Shown: positions 9,190-18,955 of the stretch, in pieces
How positions within the stretch are numbered: the first letter of the stretch is position 1
How the letters are laid out: every line of letters starts with the position of its first letter
Sequence record: SRR22947727_4515
DNA length: 37,859 nucleotides
Strand: one strand, 5' to 3'
The notes under the pieces: model-generated
What the model saw: only the letters and a program-made list of their open reading frames with translations
The model's database searches: none
What the model was told of the DNA's origin: nothing
Program-made: the position numbers and the translations under genes

Positions 9190-10868
9190 CTACGCTGACG
9201 CTGGCGAATATCGATGAGATCTTTCATCACGTGATTGATCTGGCCGCTCCATTCGGCTGTGCCAAATGCATCGTGAAGCGTCCGGTAAATCGCATACAAC
9301 TCGGCGTAAACGGCCTGATTTTCAGGAATCGGTTCGTAAATCCGCTCGCGCATTTTGCAGCAGGCTGACTGAGCTTCTTCGATCGTAATTTTACCGCTGG
9401 TCGACGCTCCGAAAATCGCAGACCCGAGCGCACAGGTCTGATCACTCGCCGCGACTTTAAGCGGTTTGCCAATCACATCGGCGTAAATCTGCATCAAGGT
9501 TGCGTTCTTCACCGCTAGTCCGCCGGTATTCACGACTTCGTCAACGCGGACACCATATTCTTCCATCCGCTTGATGATCGTCAGCGCACCAAAGGCAGTT
9601 GCTTCGATCAACGCCCGATAAATTTCGTGCGCCTTGGTGTGAAGGGTCTGTCCTATAATCATTCCGGAAAGGCGGACATCGGTCAAAATGGTGCGGTTCC
9701 CATTATTCCAATCCAATGCCATGAGGCCGGTCGCGCCAGGCTTCTGACCCGACATCTCTTTTTCCATGTTGATGAATTTTTCATCGATCGAAGCGCCGTA
9801 GCTGTCGGGAACAAGATTGTGAACAAACCATAGAAAAATATCACCTACGGCACTTTGTCCGGCTTCGATTCCGAAATGTCCGGGCAAAACCGAGCCATCG
9901 ACAATTCCACAAACCCCCGGCACATCAGCGAGCGCTTTGTCGCTCGGTGAAACGGTGATGTCGCAGGTGCTGGTTCCGAGAATTTTTGTCAGCGTTCCTT
10001 CTTTCACACCTGAACCAACGGCACCCATGTGGGCGTCGAATGCTCCGACAGCGACCGCAGTGCCTTCAACAAGCCCGAGCTTTTCCGCCCATTCAGCAGT
10101 GAGTTCACCCGCCTTCACATCGGATGAAACCGCTTTATCATAGAGACGTCCTCGTAATTCAGCGAGCGCCGGATCCAGTACAGTGAGGAATTCCTCGTCT
10201 GGCAAGCCGCCCCACTCGTTGCTGAACATTGCCTTGTGTCCTGCTGCGCAAATGCCACGTGCCATTTCTGCGGGGTTCGTGGCTCCAGTCAAAACAGCCG
10301 GAAGCCAATCACAATGCTCAACCCAGGAATGAGCCGCTTCGAAAACCGCTGGATCGACATTTTTACAGCGCCAAATTTTGCTCCACCACCATTCGGATGA
10401 GTAAGTGCCACCGCACTTCGCCAGGTAATTCGGCCGCATCTCAGACGCGATCTCTGTGATTTTCGCCGCTTCAGCGTGACCGGTGTGATCTTTCCACAGC
10501 CAAACGAAAGCATTCAGATTATCAGAGAATTCAGGAGTCAGGGCGAGCGGTGTTCCCTCAGCATTGACCGGGATTGGCGTAGAACCGGTGGTGTCGACGC
10601 CGATTCCGAGAACATCCGCGGGATCAAAATCAGGGCGAGCCTCTTTTGCCTGAGCAATCACGCCCGTGATGATCGTCGTCATTCCATCGAGGTAATCCTG
10701 CGGATTTTGACGGGCTACATTGGGATCCGCAGGATCGGTAAGAATACCCAGCTCTCCTGAAGGGTATGGGAAAACGACAGATCCAAGTTCCTCGCCTGAA
10801 TCGAGATCAACGAGGAGTGAACGGCAGGAATTTGTCCCATAATCGAGACCAATGGCATAACGACTCAT
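9186..10868 (-). CDS. araB: L-ribulokinase (FGGY kinase family)
   Basis: AIGLDYGTNSCR, GIGVDTTGSTPIPV, LWKDHT, YSSEWWWSK, CAAGHKAM, EAGQSAVGD and LDWNNGNRT. ATG 10868 preferred. Confidence 0.93.
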   Translation of the reverse strand: MSRYAIGLDYGTNSCRSLLVDLDSGEELGSVVFPYPSGELGILTDPADPNVARQNPQDYLDGMTTIITGVIAQAKEARPDFDPADVLGIGVDTTGSTPIPVNAEGTPLALTPEFSDNLNAFVWLWKDHTGHAEAAKITEIASEMRPNYLAKCGGTYSSEWWWSKIWRCKNVDPAVFEAAHSWVEHCDWLPAVLTGATNPAEMARGICAAGHKAMFSNEWGGLPDEEFLTVLDPALAELRGRLYDKAVSSDVKAGELTAEWAEKLGLVEGTAVAVGAFDAHMGAVGSGVKEGTLTKILGTSTCDITVSPSDKALADVPGVCGIVDGSVLPGHFGIEAGQSAVGDIFLWFVHNLVPDSYGASIDEKFINMEKEMSGQKPGATGLMALDWNNGNRTILTDVRLSGMIIGQTLHTKAHEIYRALIEATAFGALTIIKRMEEYGVRVDEVVNTGGLAVKNATLMQIYADVIGKPLKVAASDQTCALGSAIFGASTSGKITIEEAQSACCKMRERIYEPIPENQAVYAELYAIYRTLHDAFGTAEWSGQINHVMKDLIDIRQRQRS

Positions 10869-10972
10869 GGCGGAGGGTATAGGCGATAATTTGGAATTTT
10901 GCAATCTCACGCAGTCAGTTCTGACCTCTTTCTGCCTGAATAAAAACAGCCGTATTAATTTTTTTAAGAAAA

Positions 10973-11003
10973 TGTGTCCGGTTTTATCCAGAAAAAACGC
11001 ATT
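10973..11003 (+). promoter_or_regulatory. Candidate ECF-sigma promoter (TGTCCGG-N16-CGCATT)
   Basis: tgtgtccggttttatccagaaaaaacgcatt, preceded by an AT-rich UP-like tract and upstream of an ECF sigma remnant. The assignment is inference. Confidence 0.3.
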
Positions 11004-11117
11004 ACCTAGTGAACCCCTTATCAGCTTGGTAAAATGGATTAAGTAAAAACAATTTCGTCGGAGAGGAACTCAAATGGGTCGTTTTCATACAGAAAAAGAA
11101 CCACGGCGTCTAAAAGG

Positions 11118-11153
11118 TCGGGCGGTCAACATCGTTGTCCGCCCGATTCTTTT
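11118..11153 (+). terminator. Rho-independent terminator
   Basis: Stem tcgggcgg(t)caac / gttg(t)ccgcccga with a 3-nt loop, followed by ttctttt. Confidence 0.6.
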
Positions 11154-11228
11154 AGCTTTTGAAACCAACTAAACTTCACTATCCTTAAAAAAACGACTGA
11201 ATCACACTCTGTCAGCCCGCCTCCAAAA

Positions 11229-11504
11229 ATGGATGCAGCAACTATTTTACCCGAGCTCTACGCAGAACTACGCAGAACTACGAAGACTGGCGAAGAGTCG
11301 AATGGCAAATGAGCAACCGCAGACGATTGGCACGACAGCACTGGTGCATGAAGCTTATCTTCGCCTACTGAAGCCGGAGGACGAAACTCAATTTGAGTGG
11401 CAAAACCATCGCTAGTTTTTTGGCGCGGCGGCAGAAGCGATGCGACGAATCATGGTCGATCGGGCTCGTGCCAGAAATGCGATGAAACGGGGCCGGGACT
11501 ACGA
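11229..11504 (+). pseudogene. Disrupted ECF sigma factor, TIGR02999/Sigma70_ECF (kinase-activated) type
   Basis: Reconstructs as MDAATILPELYAELRRLAKSRMANEQPQTIGTTALVHEAYLRL...WQNHR*FFGAAAEAMRRIMVDRARARNAMKRG. Lesions are a 10-bp tandem duplication ctacgcagaa (11258-11277), TAG at 11413-11415, and a missing region 4. Confidence 0.88.
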
Positions 11505-12479
11505 AATGGCGAATTATTGGCCCGCGTCACCAAGCTGGTCGATACAAATCGCGGCGAAACAAAGTTCATGCCAGAGGCCGGAGCCATACAGGACGCTCAA
11601 GTTATCGAAGCCCTGCGAGACGCTGTCTCGGAAGTGAATAAAAACCGGAATTATTCAAACGCAGAGAACGAAATCCCTTCGGCGAAATGGACTCCGCCGA
11701 AGCCGGAAGAAATCGATAAACTCATGCCTGCCTATCACGTCACCGAACTGGCAGGCCACGGAGGTATGGGATCGGTCTATCGAGAGACGCAGATTAGTTT
11801 GGAGCGAATGGTCGCAATCAAAATCCTCCCGCCGGAATACGGCGACGACCCCGCGCTTGCCGCCCGATTTCGAAGGGAAGCCCTGTCGATGGCAAAATTA
11901 GATCACCCGAATATTGTCACGATTCATGATTTTGGGAGCGTCCAGCAATCCGAAACACAAAAACTGTTTTTTATCGTGATGAAATTCGTCGCGGGAGCCG
12001 ATTTACAACGATTGATTTCGAGTGGGCAGATGGGCGAAAAAGCGGCTCTCGGCATTGTCGGGCAAATTTGCGATGCCCTTCAATATGCCCATACGCGAGG
12101 ATTTGTTCATCGCGACATCAAACCTGCGAACATTTTTGTTTCGGCAGAAGGCACTGTAAAAGTCGGTGATTTCGGTCTGGCGAAGCTTTGTGACGTGAGC
12201 GAAGCCGAAGACATCACCGTCTTCGAGCAGTCTGGTCTTTACCTGGGAACCCCGCACTACATGGCCCCGGAAAGCCTCAAATCAACGAGTGAAGTCGACC
12301 ATCGAGCCGACATTTACAGCCTGGGAGTCAGGTTTTACCAAATGCCCACCGGGTCGGTTCCTAAAGGGATTTTTAAACGTCCCTCAGAAAAAGTCGGCGT
12401 TGATGCCCGGCTGGATGAAATCGTGATCATCATTATTTGCCGCATCATTCTGGCCGGAATAGTGGCGGCCATTTTATGA
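11505..12479 (+). pseudogene. Hanks-type Ser/Thr protein kinase, truncated and probably decaying
   Basis: GHGGMGSVY, VAIKIL, HRDIKPAN, DFGLAK, GTPHYMAPE and DIYSLG are present. The ORF breaks after VDARLDEIV, before the subdomain XI Arg, into a short hydrophobic tail. Odd substitutions occur (VRFYQMPTG). The 5' end is fused to the sigma remnant; nearest ATG is 11568. Confidence 0.75.
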
Positions 12480-12551
12480 TGAGTGCTTTTCGTAGCTCAA
12501 ACGTGTGCATTGCATTTTTGCCACAAAATACCGAAAGTGTTACACGAACTA

Positions 12552-13859
12552 ATGAGAACTCCCCGCATTTCCCGCAGAACCCTGCTTCGTGGAATTGGCG
12601 CATCACTCGCGCTGCCCTCGCTCGAAATCATGGGTGCTCAGTCAGCCGCTGCTGGTGGGAAAGCTCCGCAGCGCCTCATTTCCGTTTTTCACCCGAACGG
12701 TGTTTTTCCGAAAGCTTGGGATGTGAAAGGGCTGGGAGCAGGTCATGAGCTTTCACCGATTCTCTCGCCGCTCCAATCGCTGATAGGAGATTTTTCAATA
12801 GTCCAAGGGCTTGATAACAAAGGAAAAGGCCACGTTCAGCTGACGGGTTCATTCCTAACGGGATGTTCGATTACCGATAAGAAAAACGGAATTTCGCTCG
12901 ATCAGCAGCTCGCTCAGAAAGTGGGCCACAACACGATTTTACCTTCGCTCGAACTTGGCACTGAGCCTCCGCGTCAAGGCAGCGCCAGTGGCGAACCGAT
13001 CGCCTATGCGAACACGGTTTCGTGGAGCAGTGAGACCACCCGGGTTTCTCCTGAAATCAATCCACAGGTCGCTTTTGACCGGTTGTTCCGCAGCCATTCG
13101 GGCCCCGAAGCTCGCCGGGCTGCGCTGAATCGGAAGAGTGTCATCGATCTCGTTCTCGAAGATGCAAAATCACTTCGCAGCAAAGCGAGCAAGCCGGATC
13201 AGGCCAAGTTGGATGAATATCTCGATTCCGTCCGCGCCGTCGAAGTTCGCGTCGATAAAACGCTGAATCCTCCAGAGCGCGATTGGACTCCGCCAACAAA
13301 GCCGGATGCACTCGAACGCCCGGCCCCCGGAATTCCACGCGACCGCGAGGCCCACCTGAAAATGATGATTGATCTCATGGTGCTTTCGCTGTGGACGGAT
13401 ACGACACGGGTCGCGACGCTGATGACTGCCCACGGATTTTCCCGCCAGAACTTCAGCTTTCTCGATGGCGTAAACAGCGATCACCACGGCATGTCTCACC
13501 ACAAGAACAAGGCGGACGCCGTTGCCGAATACACCACCGTCAGCCGCTGGTATGTCAGCCAGTATGCGTATTTGCTCGAAAGTCTCAAAGCGATCGATGA
13601 AGGCGAAAATTCACTGCTTGGCAATTCGATCGTCATGTACGGTTCAGGAATGAAAGACGGAAACGGTCACGTGAAAACGGATCTTCCACTTCTCGTCGCC
13701 GGTCAAGGTGGTGGAGCTTTCAAACAAGGCCAGCTTCTGAAGAATCCAGCAGGAACGCCTCACGCAAATTTACTTCTGACGATTGGTCAGGGACTTGGAC
13801 TCGAAACTGAAGTCTTTAACGGCGCCAGCACCGGCGTGGTTGATGGACTGCTTGCCTAG
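12552..13859 (+). CDS. DUF1552 domain protein (Tat-like leader)
   Basis: SRRTLLRGIGASLALPSLE, PNGV, ISLDQQLA, PSLELG, NPQVAFDRLF, HHGMSHH and YGSGMKDGNGH. ATG 12552. Confidence 0.9.
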   Translation: MRTPRISRRTLLRGIGASLALPSLEIMGAQSAAAGGKAPQRLISVFHPNGVFPKAWDVKGLGAGHELSPILSPLQSLIGDFSIVQGLDNKGKGHVQLTGSFLTGCSITDKKNGISLDQQLAQKVGHNTILPSLELGTEPPRQGSASGEPIAYANTVSWSSETTRVSPEINPQVAFDRLFRSHSGPEARRAALNRKSVIDLVLEDAKSLRSKASKPDQAKLDEYLDSVRAVEVRVDKTLNPPERDWTPPTKPDALERPAPGIPRDREAHLKMMIDLMVLSLWTDTTRVATLMTAHGFSRQNFSFLDGVNSDHHGMSHHKNKADAVAEYTTVSRWYVSQYAYLLESLKAIDEGENSLLGNSIVMYGSGMKDGNGHVKTDLPLLVAGQGGGAFKQGQLLKNPAGTPHANLLLTIGQGLGLETEVFNGASTGVVDGLLA

Positions 13860-13863
13860 TCAA

Positions 13864-15141
13864 TTAATCCCCGCCGTCCAACGCGATCGGGCCACGATTG
13901 GGTTTCATCTCGATCACCTTGTTTCGGCCGGCCCGCACCGTGTCACCGAGCCAGCCCCACATCGCTTTTGCGCCGCGCACGATGGGTGTTTCCCGGATTT
14001 CCACGATTGCCAGTTCACGTCCGACGGATTCCAAATGATGCCTGTGACGAGGCATTAGAAAAATAAATTGCCGGTCTTTTCCTGATTCGGAATCAGCCAC
14101 ATTCAGCGACGGAAAAATCAAGCCTTTCGCCAATACAGGCGGCTCATCATTTGGCAAAACTAACGTCCGTTTTGGTCCGAAAAATGCGCGGCGGCTTTCA
14201 AAATGAACCTCACCATTTTCGCCGCGTTTCAACTCACCAAATGATCGCGCTTTCAAATTCGCGCTCGCTTGCCGAACCAGGAATCCACGAACTCGATCAC
14301 CTGATTCAAACGTCCGCTTTTTGAAAAGCGAAATCAAATAATCTCCCGCCATCACCGTTCCGAAAACTCCGAGACGAAATGCCGATGGGGCCAAAAACGC
14401 GGCTACCACAACGATAATCAGCGAAAGCACCGCCGCGACCACTGGATTGAGCGCGTAAAGCAGCGCCAAAAAAGATAGCAACGCGGTTCGCGAAAGTTTC
14501 AAGAATGAATCCAACAACCCAAACGGTGACAGCATCACCAACACGTTGATCGCGTGGCTGACCACCCAGACGGTGAAAAATCCTAAGATCGAAAGCGGTA
14601 GCAAAATCCACAACAAATTGATCGGTGCCATCGCCAGTAGTGCGCCGTCTTCTCCGATTCCGCTCGCGACTTCCGGAGCTGAAAAATTCTCAGCAATCTG
14701 TTTTGCCACGAAAGGAACAAACGCCGTCGACGCAACAACTGCGCTGAATTTATCCTCAAACAATTCGATAAAATCCAACGGCTTTTTGATGAACTTCGGA
14801 GCCCCCGCGCCAATCGAATCCTTGAAAAAACACAACGCAACTACTCCCAAACCAATTCCCCAAAATACCGGATGGCAGAACCAAGGGAGCAAATGACGAT
14901 TCTCCGCGTCGGTTTTGAAATATTTCCAAATTCCCACCGCGCTGACGCCCACCAAAGGCGAAATCGCCACGCCCGTCATCTGCGTGATTCCTTCTGCAAG
15001 TCCAACCCCGGGGAGTCGTTCCTCCGTCGTAATTTGAGGGACCGCAGCTGAATCCTGGGCCAGAAGATTGGTCGCTAAAAAAGCGATTCCGAAAATCACA
15101 AGGATTCCGCATTGAAGCCGCTTTTTTCGCCACTGATTCAT
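13864..15141 (-). CDS. Hypothetical multi-pass membrane protein
   Basis: 425-aa ORF with a signal-like N-terminus, several hydrophobic segments and a soluble basic C-terminal region. No family confidently recognised. Confidence 0.7.
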   Translation of the reverse strand: MNQWRKKRLQCGILVIFGIAFLATNLLAQDSAAVPQITTEERLPGVGLAEGITQMTGVAISPLVGVSAVGIWKYFKTDAENRHLLPWFCHPVFWGIGLGVVALCFFKDSIGAGAPKFIKKPLDFIELFEDKFSAVVASTAFVPFVAKQIAENFSAPEVASGIGEDGALLAMAPINLLWILLPLSILGFFTVWVVSHAINVLVMLSPFGLLDSFLKLSRTALLSFLALLYALNPVVAAVLSLIIVVVAAFLAPSAFRLGVFGTVMAGDYLISLFKKRTFESGDRVRGFLVRQASANLKARSFGELKRGENGEVHFESRRAFFGPKRTLVLPNDEPPVLAKGLIFPSLNVADSESGKDRQFIFLMPRHRHHLESVGRELAIVEIRETPIVRGAKAMWGWLGDTVRAGRNKVIEMKPNRGPIALDGGD

Positions 15142-15195
15142 AGAACAAGGAATACCAATTCAGAGACCATCTTTCAAACGAAAAAGCCCGTTCCA

Positions 15196-15292
15196 CGAAG
15201 CAATAGGGTACGTTCAATGAACCTACCCTGTTGGTTCGAAATGCCTTTTCGAACAGACCCTATCCGTTCGACGAACGTACCCTATTGACTCG
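15196..15292. repeat. REP-like repeat, 97-bp tetramer (43-bp palindromic dimer, 11 nt, 43-bp direct dimer)
   Basis: 15196-15238 is cgaagcaatagggtacgttca-a-tgaacctaccctgttggttcg. The spacer is 15239-15249. 15250-15292 is cgaacagaccctatccgttcg-a-cgaacgtaccctattgactcg. Perfect outer 15-bp inverted repeat at 15201-15215/15273-15287. Confidence 0.9.
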
Positions 15293-15321
15293 TACAAGGA
15301 GCGAGGTGATTATTTACAGCT

Positions 15322-16026
15322 ATGTCCAATCTCGATTCGCTTCGTCAAGAAGTCCTCAAAGCCAATCTTATGCTTGAAACCGAAGGCCTCGTGCGCCTTA
15401 CGTGGGGGAATGTCTCCGGGGTTGAGCGAGAGGCCGGGGTTTTTGTGATCAAACCAAGTGGCGTTCCGTATTCAGATCTGAAAGCAGAGCAATTGGTCGT
15501 GGTTTCCATTGAAACAGGAGAAGTCGTCGAGGGGGAAATGAATCCGTCGTCCGACACGCCGACGCACTGGATTTTGTACCGTGATTTCCCCGAAATTGGC
15601 GGCGTGACGCACACGCATTCGGTCAATGCGACGATGCTCTCGCAAGCGGGAACCCCCCTGCCCTGCCTTGGAACAACTCATGCGGATCACTTTTATGGAG
15701 AAGTTCCCGTGGTCCGTGAATTGACCGAAGCCGAGGTGGAAGACGCCTACGAAAAAAATACCGGGCTTGCGATTGTGGAGTGTTTTAAAGAAAATGGGCT
15801 CAAGCCAATGGAAATGCCGGGCTGTTTTCAGAAATACCATGCGCCGTTTACCTGGGGCAAAAATGCGGTCGATTCGGTAAAAAATTCCGTCGCATTGGAA
15901 GTATGCTCGCAAATGGCGCTGGGCACTTGGCAACTGGCTGAAGGTCAGGGAGAAATTCCAGCCCATATCTTAAATAAACATTACCTCCGCAAGCACGGAC
16001 CAGGGGCTTATTATGGCCAAAAGTGA
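15322..16026 (+). CDS. araD: L-ribulose-5-phosphate 4-epimerase
   Basis: LTWGNVSG, IKPSGV, PSSDTPTH, HTHS, GTTHADHFYG and KHYLRKHGPGAYYGQ. Confidence 0.96.
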   Translation: MSNLDSLRQEVLKANLMLETEGLVRLTWGNVSGVEREAGVFVIKPSGVPYSDLKAEQLVVVSIETGEVVEGEMNPSSDTPTHWILYRDFPEIGGVTHTHSVNATMLSQAGTPLPCLGTTHADHFYGEVPVVRELTEAEVEDAYEKNTGLAIVECFKENGLKPMEMPGCFQKYHAPFTWGKNAVDSVKNSVALEVCSQMALGTWQLAEGQGEIPAHILNKHYLRKHGPGAYYGQK

Positions 16027-16103
16027 ACAATTCATCCCGTAAGCTGTCTATTTCCCCAACGACAGCTAGTTAAGCTTTCGACCCAATTTTCACGATTTCC
16101 CCC

Positions 16104-17795
16104 ATGAATAACAACGACGACGACGGCCCGAAAAAGCCAAACAACCCGTCTCCGGACGAAGCCTTCAAAAAAATCTCTGATTTTCTGCAATCGAATTTCA
16201 AGGGGCAGGACATCAACTTTTCGATGAACGATCCTTTCGGCTCATTCACCGATGGAGACGGCGAAGGCTCGGGTGAAGACCATGACTTAAAAACGGAGCC
16301 GGATCATGCTGACATTTTTGATTTCTCGTATTTGCCACGCGACATCAAAGCGTATTTGGATCGTTACGTCATCAAGCAGCACGAGGCGAAAAAGGCGCTC
16401 TCGATTGCGGTTTGTGATCACTACAACCACGCAAAATACCTTCGGCGACTTGCCGAATCAGATTCTCAGAAAGCGGACAAAATCGAATTCGCAAAGCAGA
16501 ATGTGATCATTCTGGGCCCGACCGGAGTTGGTAAAACGTATTTGGTAAAACACATCGCGGAACTGATCGGGGTTCCATTTGTGAAAGCTGATGCCACGAA
16601 ATTTTCGGAAACGGGCTATGTCGGCGCTGACGTCGATGACCTCGTTCGGGAATTGGTGCGCAAGGCCGACGGCAATGTTGATCTCGCCGAATACGGCATC
16701 ATTTATATTGATGAGATCGACAAGATCGCGACCAGCGGGGAAGCGATCGGCCGCGATGTCAGCGGCCGCGGCGTTCAAACGACGCTATTGAAGTTGATGG
16801 AGGAAACCGAGGTTTCGATCCGCAACCCGCAGGATATTCAAAGCCAAATGCAGGCGATGTTTGAAATGCAAAAAGGCGGTGGTTCAAATCGGGATACGAT
16901 CAATACCCGGCACATTTTATTCATTGTCAGCGGTGCGTTCTCCGGATTGGAGAAAATCATCGAAAAACGAGTTCGCCAGGGAGCGATCGGTTTCGGCGCG
17001 GATACAGTTGCGACTCCGGATACGGAGAAATTGGCGCTGGAAGCTGAAACTCAGGACTTCATCGATTTTGGATTCGAAGCTGAATTCATCGGTCGATTGC
17101 CGGTCCGAGTGGTCTGCGAGCACCTTGAAGCCGCCGACCTTTGCGAAATCATGAAAAATTCCGAGGGCAGCTTGATTCGCCAATATGAGCGCGAATTTGA
17201 GTCCTACGGAATTCACGCAAGCTTTGAAGATTCTGCGCTGGAAGGAATTGCCGAACTCGCCGCGAAAGAAAAAACCGGAGCCCGTGCGTTGATGACGGTT
17301 TGTGAACGCTTGCTTCGCGATTTCAAATTTGAACTGCCGGGAACTGCAGTGACCGAATTAAGTATCGATGGCGCATTGATCAGCGATCCAGAGACTGCCC
17401 TTGCGAATTATCGCGAAGAAGCGGGCACAGTTGAGAATTCAAAAATTGTTTCCGAACTATCCGCTTTCCGACGCAAGTTTTTTGAGATGCACGGCGTAAA
17501 ATTAAAATTTGAGCCTGACGCAGTCGCTGCGATCTCTGAGATGCAGGATCAGCGAAATATGAGCGCACTGAATCTGTGCGATCAGATTTTTCATGACTAT
17601 CAGTTCGGCTTGAAATTGATTCAAAAAAATACCAATCAGGACATCTTTTCGCTTTCGAAAGAAGCGGTCGAAGATCCTGATAAATTCCTGAGCGGTCTGG
17701 TGGTTGCAAGCTACAACAAAGAGGAACCGCCTGCGGAAGAGGGTGGAGAATCCGATTCCGACGACACGCATCCCGAGTTGAATTTGGAGAATTGA
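16104..17795 (+). CDS. clpX: ClpX-like AAA+ unfoldase lacking the zinc-binding domain, with a duplicated C-terminal small domain
   Basis: Walker A GPTGVGKT, pore loop GYVG, Walker [17 protein letters not shown] loop, EFIGRLPV and sensor-2 GAR. No C4 zinc finger. Confidence 0.8.
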   Translation: MNNNDDDGPKKPNNPSPDEAFKKISDFLQSNFKGQDINFSMNDPFGSFTDGDGEGSGEDHDLKTEPDHADIFDFSYLPRDIKAYLDRYVIKQHEAKKALSIAVCDHYNHAKYLRRLAESDSQKADKIEFAKQNVIILGPTGVGKTYLVKHIAELIGVPFVKADATKFSETGYVGADVDDLVRELVRKADGNVDLAEYGIIYIDEIDKIATSGEAIGRDVSGRGVQTTLLKLMEETEVSIRNPQDIQSQMQAMFEMQKGGGSNRDTINTRHILFIVSGAFSGLEKIIEKRVRQGAIGFGADTVATPDTEKLALEAETQDFIDFGFEAEFIGRLPVRVVCEHLEAADLCEIMKNSEGSLIRQYEREFESYGIHASFEDSALEGIAELAAKEKTGARALMTVCERLLRDFKFELPGTAVTELSIDGALISDPETALANYREEAGTVENSKIVSELSAFRRKFFEMHGVKLKFEPDAVAAISEMQDQRNMSALNLCDQIFHDYQFGLKLIQKNTNQDIFSLSKEAVEDPDKFLSGLVVASYNKEEPPAEEGGESDSDDTHPELNLEN

Positions 17796-17800
17796 GTAAA

Positions 17801-17821
17801 CGATCGAACAGGGTTGGATCG
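17801..17821. repeat. REP-like repeat, lone 21-bp monomer
   Basis: cgatcgaacagggttggatcg, starting 6 nt after the clpX-like stop. Confidence 0.75.
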
Positions 17822-17882
17822 TTAAAGCGATTCAAGCCTTGCTCTTTTTGGGAACCGTTGGCATGCTGCTGACGCCTTTCCG

Positions 17883-18923
17883 ATGATACTCGACCTCGAT
17901 CAATTTTTAGAACGTGAGCAACCGTTTTGGGATGAGTTGCAAAAGCTGCTGAAGCGCAATGACAAAGAAGCGCAACGGCGAATGTCATTGGAAGAAGCTC
18001 GGCGTTTTCACTATCTGTACCAGCGAGCCAGCTCAGACTTGGTGAAGCTAAAAACGTTTGCTGGCGATGTTGAGGCTAAGCAATTTTTAGAAAATCTTGT
18101 AGCCCGCGCCTACGGTCAGCTTCACTCACAACGGGGACGTTCCATCCCGTTTAAGCCTTGGGAATGGCTCACGCAGTGGATCCCGCAAACTTTCCGGAGA
18201 CACTGGCGGGCGTTCGCGATTGCGACCACGGTCTTCTGGCTGGGGGGGCTTTTTGGAGGCTTTTTTGTTCACCAAAATTACGACGACAAACAGAATTTGA
18301 TCGGCCCTTTCGGCCACTTAGCAGGGGATCCCAGTGATCGAGTTGCAAAAGAGGAAGCAGGTGGATTCGATGGATTCTCGGGGAGGCAGTCATTCGCCGC
18401 TCAGCTGCAGGGGCATAACACCAAGGTTAGCATCCGTGTGCTTTGTTGGGGGGTGCTGTTTGGAATCATGACGGTGATCGAATTGTTCTACAACGGCCTG
18501 ATCATTGGTTCCGTTTCGTATGATTACATCATGGCAGGTGAAACTGAATTTTTGATCGCCTGGCTATTGCCGCACGGCTCGTTCGAGCTCACCGCTATTT
18601 TTATTGCCGGTCAATGCGGACTGATCATTGCGCACGCGATGTTTGGATGGGGAACCAATCTTAAATTACGTCAACGATTGAGCCGGATTCGAACTGACAT
18701 TCTTACTCTGCTAGGGCTTTTGGCTTTGATGCTGGTGTGGGCTGGCTTTGTGGAGTCCTTTATCTCGCAATACCACGGGTCCGCGTTCTACAAATTCAAA
18801 ATCGCATTTGGTGTCGTTGAAATGGTGTTTTTGATTTATTACTTCGGCTTTTGCGGACGGCGCCATTCTAAATCTCACGATAGCGACTCGTTGCCTCACC
18901 AAACTCCGGCAGCCGTTGCTTAA
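17883..18923 (+). CDS. SpoIIM/DUF95-family membrane protein
   Basis: LYQRASSDL, FLENLVARAY, HNTKVSI, LLPHGSFELTAIFIAG and AGFVESFIS, plus multiple TM segments. Confidence 0.88.
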   Translation: MILDLDQFLEREQPFWDELQKLLKRNDKEAQRRMSLEEARRFHYLYQRASSDLVKLKTFAGDVEAKQFLENLVARAYGQLHSQRGRSIPFKPWEWLTQWIPQTFRRHWRAFAIATTVFWLGGLFGGFFVHQNYDDKQNLIGPFGHLAGDPSDRVAKEEAGGFDGFSGRQSFAAQLQGHNTKVSIRVLCWGVLFGIMTVIELFYNGLIIGSVSYDYIMAGETEFLIAWLLPHGSFELTAIFIAGQCGLIIAHAMFGWGTNLKLRQRLSRIRTDILTLLGLLALMLVWAGFVESFISQYHGSAFYKFKIAFGVVEMVFLIYYFGFCGRRHSKSHDSDSLPHQTPAAVA

Positions 18924-18955
18924 TCCATTCTCCTTTTAATTTAATCGACTTTCAG

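Noticed and set aside
11413-11415. In-frame TAG in the sigma gene as programmed readthrough or pyrrolysine
   Set aside because: The same gene has a 10-bp frameshifting duplication and lacks region 4. TAG is a normal stop elsewhere (DUF1552, carboxypeptidase).
11397-11504. N-terminus of the 360-aa kinase ORF as given in the ORF track
   Set aside because: This stretch is the sigma remnant read in another frame. Kinase-like sequence begins only around 11505.
16042-16067. Hairpin agctgtc/gacagct after araD as a terminator or repeat copy
   Set aside because: It has a 7-bp stem with a 12-nt loop, no U-tract, and no match to the 21-bp consensus.
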